DNA of 64,000 bases from Paraphysomonas bandaiensis. Its lineage: Eukaryota; Protista; Chrysophyceae. The notes beneath the pieces were generated by a model that saw only the letters and a list, made by a program, of their open reading frames with translations, was not told where the DNA came from and ran no database searches. Both the position numbers and the translations under genes were made by a program. The stretch is taken from contig CBFFRP010000001.1 of assembly GCA_965644295.1 (NCBI GenBank), positions 1-64,000 on the forward strand. The letters run 5' to 3'. Shown in pieces: positions 23,589 to 36,068 of the stretch. Position 1 is the first letter of the stretch; each line of letters begins with the position of its first letter.

Positions 23589-26500
23589 ATGGACTCACCA
23601 GAAGTCTCTCCAGCTGTAATGTTAGACGGCATCATGCCGTACATGTTATCTTACGGCATAGTCTCCAAAGGAACCTCTCCGAGCGACCTCACAGACTCTG
23701 ACTTCAAAGACCTCGCCAATAAATTTAAAATAAAGCTTGTTGATTCAAAGTATAACAGACCTCTCAGTGTGGATCAGATCATTCGACAGCTGTGGAATCA
23801 TACGGAGCATCTCGATGTTCGTCGCGGTGGTCGCCGAGTGGGCAATGCGAGCATAGTGGTCCCCACCACACACGCAGCGGCTGATAGAGGCGGCATGAAT
23901 ATGAGTGCTACTAAAACAAAGTTTAAAGAGCTCGATAAGAACTACTTCGGACTGCCTCCTTACGCTCTCAATAGAACAGCAGAAGGGATTGTCTACCAGG
24001 TATGAGTGATTTGATTACTTCTGTCTGATGAATCAGTGTTTTGCGTTCGTATATTTGGTCTGTATTTTTCAGTTGCCTTAATAATGTTTTCTAGTGTCGT
24101 AAGCCCTACGAGCATCGTGACCTTAGTCGGGATGCAGATGCCACATCATTCAGGCGGGAGTTGGAACATGCTCTGGACTCGGAGCGACAGCAAGGGGACA
24201 CTGCTGAACACAAGAAGGCAGAGAACCATATTGCTCAGCGGAAGGTCGCAGCGGCGCTAAGTGCCATGGCCAGAAACGAAGCAATGAGATCAGTGTTCGT
24301 TTATAAGGGGGGGGTGGATGCAGTTATCAAGCTTGCCTATGAGTGTAAGTGACAGCTGTTTTTATGTATCTGCATTCACAACTGTGTTTGTGCAGCCACG
24401 GACACTGAGGTTCTCTCGTCTTGCGCCTCTAGCATAGGTAAGGTAGCAGAGTACCTCGACTATACCACCCACCTCATTGAGAAAAACGTTATTCCTCTCA
24501 CTTCTTGCCTCATTGAGAACGGGGACGAGCAGACTCGCTTCTGCACTGCCATTGCTATTTGTAATATGACTACACATGATGGCCTCGATACAACTCTTGT
24601 GAGGGCCGGGGTGATGATGCCATTGCAGTCCCTGCTCTCCAGCTCTAGGCTCGACACACTATGCTTTACGCTACTCAGCATTCACAATGTAGCCAATTGC
24701 ATGACGGCCGCAGACGCAGAAGGTGCAGTACGGTTGTGTCTCCAAGGCTGCAAACGGCTGGATTTTATGCATGACTACGAATCTGCCGATTTTATTGGAA
24801 GGCTCTTTAGAAATATGTCTCGCATGCCCCAATACGTGTCCTTACTTGGTGAGGAGGGAGTGTTGCCTGTGCTAATATCTCTTTTGGAGTGCCAGCCGGT
24901 GACAGAAATCGTGGATTCGACTTCTGAAACATTTTTTAATTTATCCATGCTGCGGAAAAACAGACGAGACATATATGGATCTGGGGTAGCCCAACAAATC
25001 ATACGCATGGTAGAACTAGGGTCTCCTCAAAGTAGAGCATACACCCTGCTTATGGTGGGAAATCTACTTGGATCTGGCCTTATTCAGGACAAGATCGCCA
25101 AGGAGGACGTGCTCAATACCGTCATTGACCTTCTGGATCCAAAGTTCAAGGAGCAGTGCCTGGCCGCGGCTTTTGTAATCAGCCATCTATCCCACAGTCT
25201 ATCTGCCGGTTCCGTCATGGTTAATAAGTGTGATGTTGTACCAAAGGTTCTCAAACTGGTGGCTGAAAGAAAACAGAACGGCATAGAGGTACATGCAGTG
25301 AGCTATTTGTGGACAGCACTTGCAAATCTAGCTCACAAGGATACTCTCTTTGATAAAGTTATGGAAGAGAAGACGCTCGCCACCACACTTGCAGAAGAGG
25401 CTACAAACGGCGATCAGCAAGAAATAGTGGCCCAGCTGATGCTTAATATGTCGGAGCATGCCGAGCTCTACACTATTGTGGGGGATAAGGTTTTCGCGAA
25501 GCTTGTGTTGTCTTTCAAAACGTTATTCATACGCGGGGACACATCTGATATACGCAAGACATCTATATGTATTCTGATTAATTTGGCGATCTGTATCCCG
25601 GAATCTCGGGCGATTACATTGGGGAATGACCTGGTGGATATTCTTGAGGAGAGTGGATTGGACAGCCCCGAGCTGAATCATAAATTTATCACCCTGTTGT
25701 ATCTTATTTCGTGCGAGCCGACCCTCTGCCCTAAGCTGGTGGACTTTGGGGTACAGCGAATGCTCATGACGGTCGTAAAGACGGTTACCGATGAGGGAAG
25801 AGATGTGATCGCCGCTATTCTGCACAATCTTTCTTTGAAGCGCGCTCTACTAGGTACAGGAGTTCTAGGCTCACTTGTATCGTTTTTACGTAACTGCAAG
25901 TCCATACGAGTGCTCTGGGTATCCCGTGCTATTGCCAATATGTCGTCTTACCCCAGATCACGGGCGATTCTTTCGAAGGAGAAGAAACTCGTTCCATGCC
26001 TGTCAGGTATAATGCGTACGGGGTCGCAGGAGGCAGACAGAGTTCAGCACTACTGTGCTTTGGCTATATGCAATATCTTTGGAAGTCACCTAGACAAGTC
26101 GATAGTAGATAACTTAATCAAGAATGGCACAGTGGTTGACCTAGTGGTTGTGACCCTTCTCCGAGTGAATTCTATTACCACTAAGGAGGCATTGGGCAAG
26201 GCTCTCTTTAATCTCTTGTCTAGGGGCGACGTGAGAGAAGAGCTGGTGAAACTTGATGTCTTGGAGGCATTAATTGAGCTCAGCCGCATTGAGCTGAGCG
26301 AGTTGCTAGAACTCTCTGTCAAGAGCGTGTTCAATATCTCTTGTGAAACGAAGAGATACGCGAAGAAGCTAGAGGCTCTGAAAGTTCCACACGCGATGAT
26401 ATCACGCATGGTGATCAACCCTGAGCTACAAGGGGCAAGAGCGACGACAACCGTTAAAATAACTTGTGGTAAAGCCATTGCAAATATGAGCTTCGATAAT

Positions 26501-29094
26501 GAGCTGGCAACAGCAATGACTCATGAAAAGGTGAGTGAAAATTATGTATTCACATTCCCACTAATACTTTATCACGTAGTTGGCTGAGGCCTGCAATGCC
26601 ATTAATAATCTAAAGTCTGATGAGGCCCGCTATTGTGCCGCAGTCACTGTGTTTAATGTGTCATTTCTCGACAATTGTATGGCTCTAGCAAATTCTGTGG
26701 CTGTACCGATGCTAGTCTCTATTTTACAAAGGTAGACTGCTATTGATGTGACTGCGGTGTGTTTGGTAGAATATGTAGACTGATATCTCAATCTCACCCT
26801 CTACTTTCTCTTCGATATTTATTTTACCTTTCTCATATGTGCAGCGGCCCCATTCTATGCACCCAATTGGCAGTTGCTGCGCTTTGCAATTTCTCTCTTC
26901 ATGAGGTTTTTATGGATCAGTTGTCTTCTCTTGCTTTGGCCCCCCTCATAAAGGCTATATCTGCCGCACACTTAGACTCAACAGTAAAAATAGACATAGT
27001 GTATTTCATATACAACGTGACGACTGCGTTTGAACCTAGCCACAAGGTAGCAATTGAGGGGGGAGTGATAGTAGCGATGGCCAAGATCGTGAAAGTTCAC
27101 ACCGACGAGCAAATTATTGGTAAGCATAAAAAGTATAGCTGGAACGTTGGTGATTAATTCTGATTGTATGCTTTTAACTAGGAATGGTGGGGCGAATACT
27201 GAAAGAAGTATGTATGGAGGACACGCTGTCTAGGCGGTTGTTGGCGGATGGGGTTATGCCAATTATTTTAAAGCTCGCTAAGTACGAATACCCTAGTCTT
27301 AAACTCGACCTTGCCAGTGCTATGTGCAGTATGTCTGTGACACCAGATACTTCACTCAAAATGCTTAAGTTGGAAGCTATTGATATTCTCTTTTGGCTGA
27401 CTCTTCACGATTGCTTGAACATGTATGATCCTATCAGGAAATATGTAGCGAGGACAGTCCGGAATTTTACAATTCAACTTGAGGATGCGCTATATATGTC
27501 CAAAGAGGAGCGGTTCATATCTGTCATCAAAGTACTCTGCAAGTCTACAAATGACGATGTCTTGTGGCAGACAGCGGTTGTCGTATATAATATGCTTAAT
27601 TCACCTTCTGTGGTCCGGGCTCCTGATGGTTCTATACTAGGGGGCAAGAAGGTCGAGGTCCTTTCTCGAGATTGCAAGGACACTCTGGTACAGTGTACTG
27701 CATTGCATATTTATGTTCCTTATATATACTGTCCAGCTGAAACGGGGAGTAATTCAAATAATATTTGATCTGGCGGCTACCGGGTCTGATTCCGTAAAGC
27801 ACTTGTGCTCAGCCTCGTTGCATTCTGTCGCGGGTAGATTGATTACGCACTGTTACTACGTTTGCTTGATAACCTGTTGTACAGAGCACATTCCGAATAG
27901 CGATGATCCGGCTGTGCTGCAGCTTATCATGGCCTTGTTGGACGCTGATGGTATGCTTCAACCCGTTTTTTTCCTTGTCATCACGTTTCCCTGTTTGTGG
28001 TATCAGGTGATCAGTTCGGGGAGGTGGGAGACAGAGTTGCGAATGACCTACCGTATAGCCAAGTAGCCACACCACACGGAACCGACTTTTCTCACACCGA
28101 AACCGGATTCACAGGCAACTGGCAGCCCCTATCCTGTGAAGTGGACAGTATTTTCAAGGTAACCAATGCAGATACAGGGCAGGGTGTGTGTAACTTCATT
28201 TAATATAAATCGTATATATGGAGCTTGTATTCTACTGTTGACTACACCTCATGTGACTGTCCTGTGTAGCCGGCTTCAATCCCAATGGAAGTCTCAGGTT
28301 CCGCTGGGTATGACACTAAGCCATTAACTAGCGGAATAGTTGCTCTTGAGCAACCTGTGAGATTTAAAGGTGAAGACTTTGGCTCGTTCCGAGGGGAGAG
28401 CCGCCCCTCAACCAGCCAAGTGGAGACTATTCACCACGATGATGATCCTCTGGAAGAGAGTGAAACTGATGACCCTCAAGGCGGTGATCCACATGCAACA
28501 TTAACGTCTCAAGAAGGTTCGATGTTTTACAATAAGGCCATCGGTCGAATCTAAGGTATATTCCTTCGCAGGTGGAAATCAACGAGTCCGATTCAGAGAC
28601 GTACAAGGAGTTGTGACAGGATTTTCTGATGATGAGTCCACCAATCCTAACGACGCTATTAGAGCCCCTGATATATCACCCAGAGGTCCCTCTGCTAGTG
28701 GCACCCCCAAAGGTGGGACTGGTCGGAAAGACCTGAGAAGGAAAAGTAGTAGCGGAATAAAGAGCCCAGGCAGACATAAAAAACAAGTGTGGGAGGAAAG
28801 CGGGCGGGTATGTCTCACTTATCCCATTAAGTGTGCTTTGTGGCGTGGAATCAATACTCACTTACATTTCTGTCTTGTAGTCATCCACGGCCTCGGTACT
28901 TCCTTCTATCCTCAACCTCTCTGCAGACAAGCCACAAGTTCCATCTGTGAGTTTTACACTTCTTTGTCTGGCTGGACTAAATGGTTGTGCAGGATACGCT
29001 TGGGGCGTTACAAGGCACCGAGTATAAGCCGAAGTCTCCAAAGCATATGGTCAGCGTACAGAGATCATTTTCTGGGGCCCGCATCATGTCATAA
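23589..29094 (+). CDS. Large armadillo-repeat protein, multi-exon
   Basis: Repeated ARM signatures (A.AI.N.S, L.NLS, GV.P.L..L) across ORFs 24566..26587 and 27184..27768, joined by short GT-AG introns; low-complexity C-terminus. Confidence 0.85.
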
Positions 29095-29212
29095 TCGAGT
29101 GATGTAGCATAGTAATATAGTGTGATTGTGTGTATTGTGCTTGCCAACACTACGAAATATTTCCTTTTGATGTACAGGAATAGTTTTTAATAACCACAAC
29201 TTTTACCAACAA

Positions 29213-29428
29213 TAGTGAATGTCTTATTTTTAGCAATAGGCGTTTAAGAATAAGTGCTTAAGTCAGATATGCTACTATTTAGCGCTACGAAAGCTGCTTG
29301 TGCGTCACCGCAAGCACCAAGGTGCAACCACTTTCGCTCTATCAATCAAAGCTCAACGCAAACGTAGTGAGCAAGCAGAATGTTGATATTCCTGACACCT
29401 GTTAACTTCAGGGTTATTTGAATCCTTA
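29213..29428 (-). mobile_element. SINE-like family copy (3' half)
   Basis: Matches 34487-34740. Confidence 0.85.
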
Positions 29429-29431
29429 CGG

Positions 29432-30325
29432 CAGGGCCGGTAACCATGAATGGCCCATTAATGGTAGTCCAGTTCCCGGCAATTATAATGGCATTAATGA
29501 ATAATGTCCCGGCAATTATAATGGCCATTAATGACCATTAATACCTACTAATTTAAAGTAGGTAGCACCACTCATATAATAGATAGTGTTGTACTCCCTT
29601 AATTACTAATTTTTAGTTAAATAGCAGACTACAAATTTTAAATACTTCTTGCTCTCTACGGGCACATCAGGATCTTCTTGCAGGGCTTTATGGAGGGTAT
29701 AAACATCCCACAACATGTAATTGGCTCGTAAGAATAGCAACAATTCTAGACGATATGGATTCATGTTTCTACGCTCAGGTGTCATAATCAACTTTGCACC
29801 ACTGAAGAGCCTCTCAACAACATTAGATTGTGCTTCAATATGAAGCAAACAGCGGTAGTTGGACTCATAGGTACCAAGTCGGCGCTGTCCAGAACACGCT
29901 GTGTAAAATCAGTTCCTTTACTCTCGTCCTCATTATTTCTGTCGGGTACACCAACCTCCATCATGGATGAATCCAGTTGCAAATGTCTAATTTTTTTTCT
30001 ATGAAGTATGTCACTATGATATGTAGTGATAATATAGGATGACTTCTACATAGTGCTCTTCTCTCATTGCCTGTCAACTCTTTTTCATCGTTCCCTTGAA
30101 TTTTAGCCACTCGCTCAGGAAACTATTCTCTAAATTTACAGAGCATTGAGAAGATAGTGAACAAAACGTTGCCACAGAGTGCCTGTAGAGTTGCATGAAT
30201 ATTGTTGTCTAATATTGTTTAGAGTTTCTTCGGAGTATAGAGGACATACTATATATTATATTCTATATTATCTTAAAAACACTCAGTTCTATATATAGCA
30301 GTATAGGTCATTAATGGTAGTCCGG
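29432..30325 (-). mobile_element. hAT DNA transposon relic
   Basis: SNVVERLFSGAKLIMTPERRNMNPYRLELLLFLRAN is the hAT C-terminal dimerisation motif (frameshifted). The end begins CAGGGCCGG with subterminal CATTAATGG / CCCGGCAATTATAATGGC repeats. No second TIR found. Confidence 0.8.
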
Positions 30326-30352
30326 CTATTCGTCCCGGCATTTATCTATCCA

Positions 30353-30716
30353 CCCGCCCACCGGTTCACCCGATTACCATCTTGTATGACCATATAGATC
30401 ACACACAGAATACGTGAGATCCACCCTACAGGCCCATCCGTGTTTGCCTTCACTAAGATTGAGCGGGATATCTCACAGCTATGCATGACTTATGTATGTA
30501 TTTTGCGCAGATTTAGCACAGTCATGTTCACCTCCCGCCCACCGGTTCACCCGATTACCATCTTGTATGACCATATAGATCACACACAGAATACGTGAGA
30601 TCCACCCTACAGGCCCATCCGTGTTTGCCTTCACTAAGATTGAGCGGGATATCTCACAGCTATGCATGACTTATGTATGTATTTTGCGCAGATTTAGCAC
30701 AGTCATGTTCACCTCC
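30353..30716. repeat. Near-exact tandem duplication, 181-bp period
   Basis: 30353-30533 repeated at 30534-30716. Confidence 0.95.
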
Positions 30717-31130
30717 CCGCCCCCTATCCATCTCCTCCCCACCCCCAGTCCATCTCCTCCCCGCCCCCTATCCATCTCCTCCCCGCCCCCAGTCCATCTC
30801 CTCCCCACCCCCAGTCCATCTCCTCCCCGCCCCCAGTCCATCTCCTCCCCGCCCCCAGTCCATCTCCTCCCCGCCCCCAGTCCATCAGTCCATCTCCTCC
30901 CCACCCCCAGTCCATCTCCTCCCCGCCCCCAGTCCATCTCCTCCCCGCCCCCAGTCCATCTCCTCCCCGCCCCCAGTCCATCAGTCCATCTCCTCCCCGC
31001 CCCCAGTCCATCTCCTCCCCACCCCTTATCCATCTCCTCCCCACCCCCTATCCATCTCCTCCCCGCCCCCAGTCCATCTCCTCCCCGCCCCCTATCCATC
31101 TCCTCCCCACCATCAGTCCATCTCCTCCCC
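30714..31130. repeat. C-rich 22-bp minisatellite (CCCCAGTCCATCTCCTCCCCGC)n
   Basis: About 18 units with variants; minus strand is rich in G-runs. Confidence 0.95.
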
Positions 31131-31689
31131 TGGCGGTCCCCTGACAGAGATCTCGAGCAACACGCGTCCACTCATTTGTAATACTCATTAAGATCACATG
31201 ACAACCAAATCAACCCACTGCACTGCCAAGCAAAGACAATACTCCTAATGCTCATTAAGTGTCTCTGCAGTCTTACAAGAAAATGAATGGAAGATTCTTG
31301 ATTTTGTTGTTATTCGTAGCATGAAAATACGTGGTTTTAGAACAGGATTATCCTCGAAACCGAGGGTTTTCATGCTATAACAACTAACAGAGGGGATATG
31401 AACGGGGAATATCTAGGAATACTGTTGTACATGATATACAGTATGTATACTTGTAGGAATTCCAACACACATGTATGAAGTACTGCTGTGCCTGTACCTA
31501 TAGATCGCTATGTACAGCAGCAGTATACCGTATAGAGCAGTACATCCGAGCCGCACTTCTGTCTGCTGCTGTGCACTTGTAGTGTACACACACATATATA
31601 CACACATATCACAGTTAACAATAGAATTATTCGACTCCATAACTGATCCAGTCACACCTGTGTACCCCTCTATACCCCACAACACACAC

Positions 31690-33698
31690 ATGAGCTCACC
31701 TGATTCTGAAGCAGGATGTTTGTTGAGATCGCAGAGCAGTGAGAGAGACAGAGAGACGAAGAAGACACGCAGTTTATCTATAGGCGGGGAGCACGATGAG
31801 ATGTCCGGCTATCTTCACAAGAGAAGGGGAGGGTTTGGTCGTCATATGCCCAACGCCTGGCAGATGAGATACTTCACACTGAGAGACGGCATCATGTATT
31901 ACTATGAGGGCTCGGGAGGAGACGCCAAACCACGAGGAAAGATTGACTTAAAGTCAGAGACGTGTGCTTTCGTTAATGGCGTGTCTATTGATGGCGCCCC
32001 CACCATATATACGATGCAGATTATTCCAGGAGGATATGAAGAGAAGTGGAAGCTGTGTGCGCAAACTAAAGACGATATGGAGCTGTGGGTGACAGCGATC
32101 ATGAAACATATAACTGATGAGCGCAAACGCAAACCAGCTCCTCTTAACCTTAAGGAATATGCCTCTGATGATGAAGATAATGGGGAGAGTGTTCATGGTG
32201 CGTCGGAGCATGGTGCTGCATTAATGGCTAGCCGCAGCGTTCCTCCACCTCCTTTACCAGCAGACGCAACGCGGAAAGCGCCAGCAACATCTGATATTGG
32301 TAAAGGCAAAAGCAAGCGTCGCCTAAAATTGCAGACTGAGAATAGCGCTGAATCAGATGAAATGGAATTTATACTAGTGCTGGTCATAGTTAACCTATGT
32401 TTTCTCTTCGCCTACACGTCAACCAACCTATTGCTAGTCCTAGGTTACATCGCCACGGCAAATGTAGTTGTGGCGAGAACTTTGCAGTTGAGGTCGTTTC
32501 GTTTGAAGCAACAGCATAGCCATCACCAACAACACATATCATCCCTACAGAGTGCACAATCTACAGTGTCTGCTTCTGGTGATGGAAATAAGAATGGTGT
32601 TCGGAAAGGCTCGGACCCTGTGTCGACGGCACCCAGGGAAGCCCCGGTTCCAGGCACCACTATGAGCCAGATAACAGATGGGGTTCCACCGCACGTGCCC
32701 ACTCACTCCTGGAATGTGTGCGACCATTCCACGTTTAATGTACGTGTGGGGCCGGACTACGCTCGGAACAAGAAGAAGGGTCCCTCCGGCCCACCTATAT
32801 ATGAACCATTCGCGGTGGACACGTTTTGGTAAGTACCCATAAACTCCATCAAGTTGTTTCTAATAGTTTTTAAGTGCGAAAAACCGTATCGATCACGTTG
32901 CACAGCATATAAAGCTTCCCAATACTGATGACATAGACACACACAATGAATTTGTACCACCTCTGCTCATGGTTCAGATTCAAATGCCTTCCGATGCTCC
33001 CCCACTCTTCGGGGCTGTTGAGGATGGTCCAGGCTGGGCGATTGTGATGTACTTCAAAATATCTGATGTAAGTACTTTTTATTGGGCAGCGTTATTTCCA
33101 TGTAATTTTATCGTGGTGCAGCGGGCTATTGAGGAATTAAAGGATTTGTCTACTGCATCTCCTGCCGTCAAGTTATTTGCAAAGTACTGCCAGTACGCAG
33201 AGAGTGATCCAGCTTGGAGAGGACGTTTCAAAGTAAGAAAGTTAATAGTACCCTTCTGCTGTAAATCGATAATATTTGTATAAGGTAATAAACTACTGTT
33301 CGAATCTCGAGGAAATGGGTGTTCCAAGTGTCATAATGTCTTATAACGCGAAGCCTGTGTTAATTCGTCGCACTGGATCAATATTTCGTGGAAACGGCAG
33401 CAGCCGTTATCTCGAGATCGATATTCACGTACATAAGTTTGCCAATCTTGCTAAGAAGAGTATTCACGCACTTTCGTCGCGTTGTGGACTGATGTATATG
33501 CAAATTGGATTTGTTGTGGAAGGTCGTGAAGATGATGAGCTTCCGGAAACTCTCTTTGCTTGCGTTGGCGTGAACAGACCTGAGGAGGACCAGGTGAGCA
33601 GCTTGTAGCAGTTCTTTAGAATTGAAGTAATGTTATTTATGTACGCTGGCCAGGCTGAATTTTTGTTTGACCCTCCTGAAGATGACGCTGATATTTAA
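31690..33698 (+). CDS. PH domain + TM + EDR2 C-terminal (DUF1336) protein, multi-exon
   Basis: PH: MSGYLHKRRG..NAWQMRYFTL..YYE..PRGKIDL..DMELWVTAI. EDR2_C: FNVRVGPDYARNKKKGPS, YNAKPVLIR, YLEIDIHVHKF, IGFVVEGREDDELPE. Confidence 0.9.
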
Positions 33699-34486
33699 AT
33701 TCTGCGCACTGAACAGAATGATACGAAGTTGACCGTGTTTGTATAATGGTACTGCTCTGCGCGAGTGGTATATATACGTTCCCGGATTATTCAACTGCTG
33801 TTTCCGTGCATACGAAATAGTATAGATCGTAGTGCCATTGAATATATTGAGAATCAGTGTAATTGCTCACAATTAGTGTCGCGTATTGAGAGCTGGAAGT
33901 GCAAATATAATAAACGAGAACATTTAAGGTTAATGGAAGTTTAGATCAGCAGTTTACAATAAAGTACCGAGGGATTGTATAATTCGATAGCCTAGTTATT
34001 TTACTATTACTGAATGCCTTATTATTGGTAATAGGCATCTAAGAGCCCGAAGTATATAGCATTGCAAATCAGCTATCTAGTACTTTGTTCGAGTTGGACA
34101 TTTCACTGAAGTTAACTTTGCTCTACATGTAAACCTTAATCCTGCTATGTTGAACACAATGCACTTTCGTGTAAGAAATTATAATTATTATTCTGAACAC
34201 TTCACTACATATTCGTGTAACATATGCTGAAACATCTGTTCTCAGCAACATCTGTTTATCATATGTTCATCAGTCACTTGTATATCTTGTATAGTCACAC
34301 ATCAATAACTGAATTTAATTCCTTTGTACCTATAATCACCCGTTACACCTATGAGTTGACTTCACCTATTGCACACTATTAACTCACTTCAATTGCACAA
34401 TATAGATCACATCATATCGCAGAACTCAACATGCTTAGCTCTGATATCCTACTATTTAACGCTACGAAAGCTGCTTGCGCATCACA

Positions 34487-34960
34487 GTAGTGAATGTCTT
34501 ACTATCAACAATAGGGGTGTACGAGAGTTAGAAATGATCTAGCGAAACTATTTCACTATAACTAGCTCTAAGTCTGATATCCTACTTTTTAACGCTGCGA
34601 AAGCTGCTTGTGCGTCACCGCAAGTACCAAGGTGCAACCACTTTCGCTCTATTAATCAAAGCTCAACGCAAACGTAGTGAGCAAGCAGAATATTGATATA
34701 CCTGATATCTGCTAACTTCAGGGTTATTTGAGTCCTTAAGGTGAACAGCTCGGATGCTTGACTTCAGCAGGCAGCCCAATACCCCGGACCCAAAGTCTAC
34801 TACACTAATGGCACTAATTTGGCTATGAGTGGGCAGAACGTTATCTGCTGTCTATATACGTTTGCAGCTCACGTTAGTTTCCCGGTACTTATCTCCCAGA
34901 ACACCACAAAAAGGTGCGAGCCCCGACTTTACTATTTTACTATTATTATACTAGTGAGGG
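34487..34960 (-). mobile_element. SINE-like family copy D (full length, P4 hairpin deleted, AT-rich insert after CCCTCA)
   Basis: Reverse complement aligns with copies B and C. Additional tail fragments at ~34010-34045 and 34430-34485. Confidence 0.9.
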
Positions 34961-35904
34961 ACAGTTCACAACTACGACAGCGCATACTCAATACAGCTAT
35001 GGCATGGGACAAATCCTTCAGCATTCGTGAGAATCGGGCTAAAACAAAATATGGACTCGACCTGAAAAAGCTACATATGCTCCGACTAGCTCCGACACGA
35101 TTGAAACATATAGCAACACAAGGCGGAAACCTCGGGTTCTTCGCTTACTAGGTGCAACAAGAAGACATAGCTCACTCCTCACGTCTCCCTCTTCCACTGT
35201 CCTCGCACCAGCGGAAAAGCCACTACTACACTGCCTGTCAGCTATTCCTTCACCCCAGGCCCAACTCGCGCCCCGCGCTATATCAAGACAAGCCGGATTC
35301 CCACCCCACCCCTCGCCCATGTATCTCAGGTTAGGAACACTCGACTCACTAGCTCAGAATCTTGTGCCTCCACAAAATGCAGAGACTTACCCCAAGGGGC
35401 GCCCCCCTGACCAATTCCATCAGCACTACAAGGACTCAAGTCCGTAGAGATCTTCTCCCACACATACAAGAAGTGAACAATATTCGGAAAAGTTTCCCAC
35501 GTTCTTGAATGCGTATTCCTTGTTAAAACTAGTGAGTTACTAGAGTGCTGATAAATAATTATCTGCATTAACAACTAATATTGCAAATTAATATTATTTT
35601 CAGTATAAAAATGGGCTCAACTAACAGTTTGATTATCATGTATGTGAAATATCTACAAACTATTAGTCGTTGCATTAACTTAAAACCACATAACTATTTA
35701 ACTGAAGAGCACACCTTGATTGGTAGAACGGAAGTGGTCGCACCTTGGTGCTTGCGGTGACGCACAAACAGCTTTCGTAGCGTTACATAGTAGGATATGA
35801 GAATTTGCACTAGTTAGTAACAGTTAGAAGTATATCTAGCTTGACTAGTTTTCATCTAGCTCCTTATCTGGTGATGATTCAAATAATAAGACACTCACTT
35901 CTAC
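34960..35904 (+). mobile_element. Decayed LINE 3' end with a ~250 bp insertion in its UTR
   Basis: Frameshifted peptides KPRVLRLLG, QLFLHPRP and LRLGTLDSLAQN..ETYPKGRPPDQ match ORF 45508..46275. The shared UTR core resumes at ~35725. Confidence 0.8.
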
Positions 35905-36068
35905 GCTTTTCAAATATCAATGACTTCATTTATTATAATGAGGAGTACAGATCCAAGCAATATGCTGCATGATATGCTGAGAATACAATTACAATTAACA
36001 GCACCAACAATAATAAACATTGTAACTTTGAAAAAAATGGTACAGCGTCCCAAACGCACGATTGCACT

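Noticed and set aside
30621-31191. Extensin-like proline-rich ORFs
   Set aside because: The 22-bp unit is not a multiple of 3 and is open in several frames; it is a minisatellite.
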